DNA from: Chloroflexota bacterium
GTDB lineage: Bacteria; Chloroflexota; Anaerolineae; Anaerolineales; UBA4823
DNA length: 50,833 bases
Assembly: GCA_020346705.1 (NCBI GenBank)
Contig: CP070785.1
Location: forward strand, 1,498,788-1,549,620
Reading direction: 5' to 3'
Each line of letters begins with the position of its first letter. Position 1 is the first letter of the stretch. Below the pieces are notes generated by a model, which worked only from the letters and a program-made list of their open reading frames with translations, had not been told where the DNA came from and did not search any database. This document shows positions 45,885 through 50,833 of this stretch, piece after piece. The position numbers were made by a program, and so were the translations under genes.

Positions 45885-46982
45885 TTGACCCGCCTAATTT
45901 ACTTCTCGAGGGATTATACAAACCACGATCTTCGTTTTCTTTCAGCCCTAGCCAGTACAGATTACGAAGTTTACTATCTCAGATTGGAGCGGAGACGCGA
46001 ACAACTCGAAGATCGACCTCTACCAGTTGCAGTTCGCCAGATCAAATGGGCGGGGGGAAAACAGACGGTCAATTTTTTTGATGGGCCAAATCTGTTGCTC
46101 GATCTTCGCCGGGTTATCAAGGAAGTAAAACCTGACCTGATCCACGCAGGACCGATTCAGAGGAGTGCCTTCTTGGTCGCATTGTCAGGCTTTAAACCGT
46201 TGATCAGCGCTTCCTGGGGATATGATCTATTGCATGATGCTGATCGAAATTTGTTTTGGCGTGATGCAACCAGATATACCTTACAGCGAAGCGCGATCTT
46301 GATTGGTGATTGCGACACAGTTCGAAATAAAGCGATCGAATTTGGGATGCCTGACAATAAAATTGTCACTTTTCCTTGGGGTATCGAACTAGATTCGTTT
46401 ATCCCGGGTGGTTTCCCATTTCAAGGGAGTGATCAATATACTCTGTTATCGACCCGAAACTGGGAACCAATTTACGGTGTGGAAATCCTGGCGAAGGCAT
46501 TTGTCAAATCTGCCCAGAAGAATGATGAATTGAGATTGATCATGCTAGGCAATGGCTCCTTAGCCAACCAACTGCGACAAACCTTCACCAGGGGAGGAGT
46601 CATGGATCGGGTGATCTTCCCTGGACAGGTAACCCACACAGATTTGCCGAAATATTTCCAGATGGCAGATATATATGTGAGCGCCTCGCGGACTGATGGG
46701 AGTTCAATTTCCCTGATTGAAGCATTTGCGAGCGGTAGGCCAGCAATTGTCTCTGATATTCCCGGAAACAGGGAGTGGGTTGAACCAGGAGTTAATGGCT
46801 GGTGGTTCATAGATGGCGACGAGGATGACCTTGCTGAGGCAATCTTGTCTGCTGCAGACCAGCGCCAGAATTTTCCGGAGATGGGCCGTGCAGCCCGTCA
46901 AACCGCAGAAGAGAGAGCGGACTGGGGGAAGAATTTCTCCAAACTCCTGGCGGCCTATGAGGTGGCATTAGAACACGCATAA
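45885..46982 (+). CDS. Glycosyltransferase, GT4 family (GT-B)
   Basis: It reads GNGSL...FPGQV...DIYVSASRTDGSSISLIEAFASGRPAIVSDIPGNREWVEPGVNGW, which is an E-x7-E context. It has a TTG start. Confidence 0.8.
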   Translation: MTRLIYFSRDYTNHDLRFLSALASTDYEVYYLRLERRREQLEDRPLPVAVRQIKWAGGKQTVNFFDGPNLLLDLRRVIKEVKPDLIHAGPIQRSAFLVALSGFKPLISASWGYDLLHDADRNLFWRDATRYTLQRSAILIGDCDTVRNKAIEFGMPDNKIVTFPWGIELDSFIPGGFPFQGSDQYTLLSTRNWEPIYGVEILAKAFVKSAQKNDELRLIMLGNGSLANQLRQTFTRGGVMDRVIFPGQVTHTDLPKYFQMADIYVSASRTDGSSISLIEAFASGRPAIVSDIPGNREWVEPGVNGWWFIDGDEDDLAEAILSAADQRQNFPEMGRAARQTAEERADWGKNFSKLLAAYEVALEHA

Positions 46983-47827
46983 TGGAAAACCACCAACTAA
47001 AATCAAACAAAGTTGTTGCCCTGGTTCAGGCCAGGATGAGCGCTTCTCGACTGCCCGGGAAGGTGTTATTGGACATCGGGAGAAAACCGATGCTGGCGCG
47101 GGTCGTAGATCGTTCCCGCCGATCTGATTTTGTCGATCAGGTGGTCGTTGCAACAAGCCAGGAAGAAGCTGATGACCCGATAGAGACGTATTGTGATCAG
47201 CAGGGATATGATTGTTACCGAGGCAGTTTACACGATGTTTTGGACCGTTATTATCAAGCTGCAAAATTCCATTCAGCAGGAGTCGTGGTTCGCATCACTG
47301 CGGATTGTCCGATCATCGATCCGCTGGTTATTGATCAAACTTTGGACGCATTCTTTGGAAGCGGACCTCATTTGATTACAGAACGAGTTTCTGCCCCAGA
47401 ACGCGTGACACCTATACCTGATCCTGCCTGGGACTTTGCAGCCAACCGGCTGCCTCCCCCCTGGAAGCGCACATTTCCGATCGGTCTTGATACAGAGGTT
47501 TGTACATTCGCTGTACTAGAGACTGCCTGGCAAGAAGCGGACAAACCTCACCAGCGAGAGCACGTGATGCCTTTTCTATATGAAAATGATCAACGATATC
47601 GAATTTTATTGGTCAATCATGAGCCTGACCTGGGAAGTTTGCGCTGGACAGTTGATACACCCGAAGATTTGGAACTGCTCAGGGAGATCTACAGCCGCTT
47701 TGGGGGCCGGGATGATTTCTCCTGGCTGGAAGTGCTTGAATTATTTGAGCGAGAACCCGAGCTGGCGGAGATCAATGCTGAAGTTCTTCACAAGCATTAT
47801 CAGGATGTGGAGAAGATTGACGAGTAG
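46982..47827 (+). CDS. Cytidylyltransferase family protein (CTP_transf_3; SpsF/PseF/NeuA-like CMP-sugar synthetase)
   Basis: The N-terminal pattern is VVALVQARMSASRLPGKVLLDIGRKPMLARVVDR, and the family pattern ATS...DD is present. Its start overlaps the preceding stop (TAATG). Confidence 0.7.
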   Translation: MENHQLKSNKVVALVQARMSASRLPGKVLLDIGRKPMLARVVDRSRRSDFVDQVVVATSQEEADDPIETYCDQQGYDCYRGSLHDVLDRYYQAAKFHSAGVVVRITADCPIIDPLVIDQTLDAFFGSGPHLITERVSAPERVTPIPDPAWDFAANRLPPPWKRTFPIGLDTEVCTFAVLETAWQEADKPHQREHVMPFLYENDQRYRILLVNHEPDLGSLRWTVDTPEDLELLREIYSRFGGRDDFSWLEVLELFEREPELAEINAEVLHKHYQDVEKIDE

Positions 47828-47921
47828 GAGATATGTTGAGACTTCCTAAAAATTCAAGGCGTGATCTCATCCAATTATTCTTGTTGTTTATCGAATCCGA
47901 AACATTACGAAGATTCATGGT

Positions 47922-48818
47922 ATGACATTTTTGACGGTTTTCACGGCTCCTAAACCATTTACCAATCCCCATATCAATAACATTCAAAGAAATGCGATCC
48001 AATCCTGGATTCATCTGGGATCTGAGGTAGAAGTGCTGTTAATGGGAAACGAGCAGGGGATGGCAGAGGTGGCCAGTGAATTCAATGTCCGTCATTTTGC
48101 GGAAGTAAAATGCAGTGAAGAAGGGACTCCTTATATAAATTCAATGTTTGATTTTGCAAGGGAGTCCAGTGATGCGCCATATCTGGCGATATTGAATGCC
48201 GATATCATGTTGATGCCAGATTTTTTGGAGGCCGCAAAACAGGTCGGTTCTCTGGCAGATAAGTTTTTATTTTTAGGCCGGCGATATGACCTGGAGGTAG
48301 AAAAAGAGCTGGATTTCTCCCCCGGTTGGGATGCTCGTTTGAGGGAAGAAGTTGACCGAAATGGCACCTTGCATGGCCCAGTTGGCAGCGATTATTTTCT
48401 GGTTCCACGAGATTTGCTCAATGATATGCCCGAATTCGCGATTGGACGTTCTGGTTGGGATAACTGGACGATATACCATGCCGTGAAATCTGGCTGGCCG
48501 GTGGTAGATGTAACTCGCTCCGCGATGATTGTGCATCAAAATCATGATTACAGCCACCTTCCAGGGAACAAGCCACCTTATGATCTACCTGAGACAAAGA
48601 AGAATGTCGCTATCGCGGGCGGCATGAAATCGATGTATACCATTTTAGAGGCTAACAATATCCTGGTTGATGGAGAGCTCAAGCCTGCTCCAATGAGCAT
48701 GCCCAAGCTGCTGCATCGAATTGAACTGCTGGTCACGAATGATGACCTGCAAGGTCCCCGGAAATCACTCGTGCGTTGGTTAAAAAAGAACCGGCGGAGA
48801 TACGAACGCAATCTCTAG
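47922..48818 (+). CDS. Hypothetical protein, possibly a GT-A-fold (nucleotide-diphospho-sugar transferase-like) enzyme
   Basis: 298 aa. It starts MTFLTVFTAPKPF...IQRNAIQSW and has a candidate acidic nucleotide-sugar motif in ILNADIMLMPDF. It is soluble. The assignment is tentative. Confidence 0.35.
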   Translation: MTFLTVFTAPKPFTNPHINNIQRNAIQSWIHLGSEVEVLLMGNEQGMAEVASEFNVRHFAEVKCSEEGTPYINSMFDFARESSDAPYLAILNADIMLMPDFLEAAKQVGSLADKFLFLGRRYDLEVEKELDFSPGWDARLREEVDRNGTLHGPVGSDYFLVPRDLLNDMPEFAIGRSGWDNWTIYHAVKSGWPVVDVTRSAMIVHQNHDYSHLPGNKPPYDLPETKKNVAIAGGMKSMYTILEANNILVDGELKPAPMSMPKLLHRIELLVTNDDLQGPRKSLVRWLKKNRRRYERNL

Positions 48819-48850
48819 AATCTCAGCACAAACGATAGAGTCACAACTTA

Positions 48851-49738
48851 ATGCCTGAATTTCTCTCCCAATGTCCGTTGTGCAAAGATGAGCGGAGCAC
48901 ACTGTTCGACAAGCGAGTATTCCGTGGTTATGAGGTTGAAAACAGGTTGTGTTCAAATTGTGGTCTGGTTTACCAGTCTCCACGAATGACAGAAGATGAG
49001 TTGAAGGTGTTTTATCAAGCTGAATATCGTCAAATTTACCAGGGAAGCGAAGGGCCTGAACAAAAAGATATCCTTGTCCAGAAAGCCAGGGCTCATGCAA
49101 TTGTGAATCTTCTTCAGGAAAGTGGCGTTGATAAGGTCGAACATTTCGCAGATATTGGGAGTTCGACCGGTATTCTCCTGGAGGAAATCAGGGATGTCTA
49201 CCAATGCCAGGTGGTCGGCATTGAGCCTGGTGATGCATACCGGCAATATGCCAAATCCCGGAATCTTAAAGTCTTTGATAGTCTTGAAGCAGCTGATGCA
49301 GCAGGAGAAGGTGAATTTGATCTTATCTCATTAATTCATGTCTTGGAACATGTCCCATACCCTGTTGGTTATTTAAGGGAATTGAGAGACAAATATCTCT
49401 CTCAAGATGGAAAAATTCTTATTGAAGTGCCAAATTTGTACGCCCATGATTGTTTCGAAGTCGCTCATTTAACCTCCTTCAGTCGCCATTCGCTCGTGGA
49501 GGTGGTTAAAATGGCAGGTTTTGTTACGGAATATTTAGAACCTCATGGTCGACCACGTTCAAGTATGATCCCCCTATACATCAGCTTGTTGGCCAGACCA
49601 GTAGGTGTAGAAGGTGGTCAACCTGAGATTGAAATAGAACGATGGATCGGAATAAAGAGAAATGCTGGTTTAGCTCACCGGCGCGTAATCGAAAGATTGT
49701 TACCCCGCCAGGCATGGCTCCCTGAATACCGGATGTAA
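48851..49738 (+). CDS. Class I SAM-dependent methyltransferase with an N-terminal zinc-ribbon
   Basis: It has CPLCKDE...CSNCGLVYQSP, motif I FADIGSSTGILL, and LISLIHVLEHVPYP. Confidence 0.75.
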   Translation: MPEFLSQCPLCKDERSTLFDKRVFRGYEVENRLCSNCGLVYQSPRMTEDELKVFYQAEYRQIYQGSEGPEQKDILVQKARAHAIVNLLQESGVDKVEHFADIGSSTGILLEEIRDVYQCQVVGIEPGDAYRQYAKSRNLKVFDSLEAADAAGEGEFDLISLIHVLEHVPYPVGYLRELRDKYLSQDGKILIEVPNLYAHDCFEVAHLTSFSRHSLVEVVKMAGFVTEYLEPHGRPRSSMIPLYISLLARPVGVEGGQPEIEIERWIGIKRNAGLAHRRVIERLLPRQAWLPEYRM

Positions 49739-49775
49739 TTGAATAAACCCTAAAAAGCTCGAAGGAGATGAGTAA

Positions 49776-50489
49776 TTGAGAACGCTAATGCTCGCACTGA
49801 AGTACAGCTCATTAATAATTTTGTTGATGGTCTTAGCAGCATGTTCCACGGGGTCTGAAGTTGAAGCTACCAGCAGCCCTGAACCGCCCACATTCACCCC
49901 GGTTCCACCGACGGACACTCCTTTACCCCCATCACCAACACCAACAGCCACAGAGACGATTACACCGACTGCTTCACCCACGGTGACTCCAACAAATACT
50001 GCAACCCCAACCCCAACTGAAGAACCCACCCCAACTCCAACAGCAACGAATACCGCGGTGCCTCAAGCTGGGATTCCCTCCAATGTAATCGTAAAATACC
50101 TGGTTCTTCAAGGTACCGGGGGTCCTACAGGATGTGGTGACAGCCTGGTTCCAGTAAGCGCTGGTTTTGTTCGCACGGGTGACGTAAAAGAGGATGTGAA
50201 AATAGCCTTAAACAGCTTATTTTCAACTGGAACGCAATACGCTGGAAACCTCTATAACCCACTATACCAGTCGAAGCTGAGAGTGAATGATGTGAGTTTC
50301 AAGAAGAATTCGGGTAATGTTACGGTCCGCTTTACGGGATCGTTTACTAAGCCAAAAGAAGACTGTGACAAACTGCTCTACAGAGCCCAGGTGTGGTCGA
50401 CAGCAAGACAATTTCCTGAAGTCAAACATGCCACCATCTGGCTGAACAAATATCTGCTCGGGGATTTGCTTGTTGTGGGAGATAACTGA
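49776..50489 (+). CDS. Lipoprotein with a Thr/Pro-rich linker and a C-terminal globular domain (possibly GerMN-like)
   Basis: The signal peptide has the lipobox LMVLAAC-S. A TP-rich linker of about 60 aa is followed by a beta-rich domain of about 140 aa. GAAGGAG lies 8 nt upstream of TTG 49776. Confidence 0.55.
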   Translation: MRTLMLALKYSSLIILLMVLAACSTGSEVEATSSPEPPTFTPVPPTDTPLPPSPTPTATETITPTASPTVTPTNTATPTPTEEPTPTPTATNTAVPQAGIPSNVIVKYLVLQGTGGPTGCGDSLVPVSAGFVRTGDVKEDVKIALNSLFSTGTQYAGNLYNPLYQSKLRVNDVSFKKNSGNVTVRFTGSFTKPKEDCDKLLYRAQVWSTARQFPEVKHATIWLNKYLLGDLLVVGDN

Positions 50490-50609
50490 CTTGAGGGTCA
50501 GGTTTGTTTCTGATGGTCTCAAGGAATTTGGAAATCCTGCACAAGTATAGCTGGCAATCAAAGTATCGCGATCCTCCAGTGTTCCATACATGAGAAGCTA
50601 GAATTCCAG

Positions 50610-50833
50610 ATGCGAGTTGGTCAAAATCCGGCAAAATCGATGAAGCAAGTTGCTCAGCCAAAAAAGATTACTGTGGCAACGACCACTTTCATTCCGCACC
50701 TGAAAGGCTACTATTCGCAGAGCCTGGAAGTCTTAAAAACCTGTCTTGACAGCCTTTGGTTGAATACCAATTTACCATTTGATTTATTGGTATTCGACAA
50801 CGACAGCTGCAATGAAGTGAAAGATTATTTGTT
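50610..50833 (+). CDS. Glycosyltransferase family 2-like protein, N-terminal fragment (runs off the window)
   Basis: I translated this manually. ATG 50610 opens a frame that continues to the window edge: MRVGQNPAKSMKQVAQPKKITVATTTFIPHLKGYYSQSLEVLKTCLDSLWLNTNLPFDLLVFDNDSCNEVKDYL. The pattern I(T)V...T......L...L.SL...T..PFDL.V.DN.S is typical of GT2 N-termini. Confidence 0.5.
   Translation, partial: MRVGQNPAKSMKQVAQPKKITVATTTFIPHLKGYYSQSLEVLKTCLDSLWLNTNLPFDLLVFDNDSCNEVKDYL

Noticed and set aside
49875-50065. Repetitive ACN/CCN-rich DNA (TPTPTATxT-type) in the lipoprotein gene, with a similar tract at about 7690-7800.
   Set aside because: It encodes Thr/Pro-rich interdomain linkers. It is a low-complexity coding sequence, not a CRISPR, a mobile-element repeat or a regulatory array.
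50488-50525. An imperfect hairpin, CTTGAGGGTCAG...CTGATGGTCTCAAG, just after the lipoprotein stop codon that could be a terminator.
   Set aside because: The stem has mismatches and no T-run follows. I cannot support an intrinsic terminator call, and the cluster appears to continue with the GT2 gene.

Overview
This is a 50.8-kb chromosomal window with about 47 protein-coding genes. I found no rRNA, tRNA, CRISPR array, transposase or integrase. All family calls come from reading motifs in the supplied translations; no database search was possible.

Layout:
- nt 1-2310: the tail of an upstream exopolysaccharide locus, consisting of a GT-B glycosyltransferase fragment and a Wzz-like co-polymerase fused to a BY-type tyrosine kinase.
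- nt 2.4-25.6 kb: housekeeping, proteostasis and DNA-repair genes. These are an S1-domain protein, pth-mfd, Hsp20, an eRF1/Vms1-like release-factor homologue, HtrA, a CbpA-type J-protein, a tight four-gene string (MBL-like, asparaginase II, endonuclease III-like, DNPH1-like), a GAF-GAF-PAS histidine kinase, holB, a solitary SPPY DNA methyltransferase, pcrA, tsaE-tsaB-rimI and a family-4 UDG.
- nt 25.6 kb to the window end: 24 co-directional plus-strand genes forming a glycan biosynthesis/export cluster that runs off the 3' edge. It encodes sugar-nucleotide enzymes (nucleotide-sugar dehydrogenase, UDP-GlcA 4-epimerase-like, Gmd, Fcl), a Wzx flippase plus a polytopic membrane protein, a Wzm/Wzt ABC exporter whose Wzt carries a C-terminal glycan-binding domain, a KpsC/KpsS-like HP-motif GT-B enzyme, two PAPS-type sulfotransferases, two SAM methyltransferases, a PseB/NeuB(PseI)/cytidylyltransferase nonulosonic-acid module, several glycosyltransferases and an embedded winged-helix regulator.

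Most notable observations:
1. The bacterial Vms1-like (VLRF1/eRF1-fold) protein has a GGSQ loop and sits among chaperone and protease genes.
2. The glycan cluster looks like it makes a sulfated, ulosonic-acid-containing, ABC-exported product.
3. A near-identical promoter carrying a palindromic operator (AATTCAG-N3-CTGAATT) occurs twice, in front of gmd and in front of the regulator gene.
4. One operon pairs a DNA glycosylase with a dNMP N-glycosidase.

The Thr/Pro-rich linkers, the VLRF1-type protein and apparent leaderless promoters suggest a Chloroflexota (Anaerolineae-like) origin. That assignment is a low-confidence inference.
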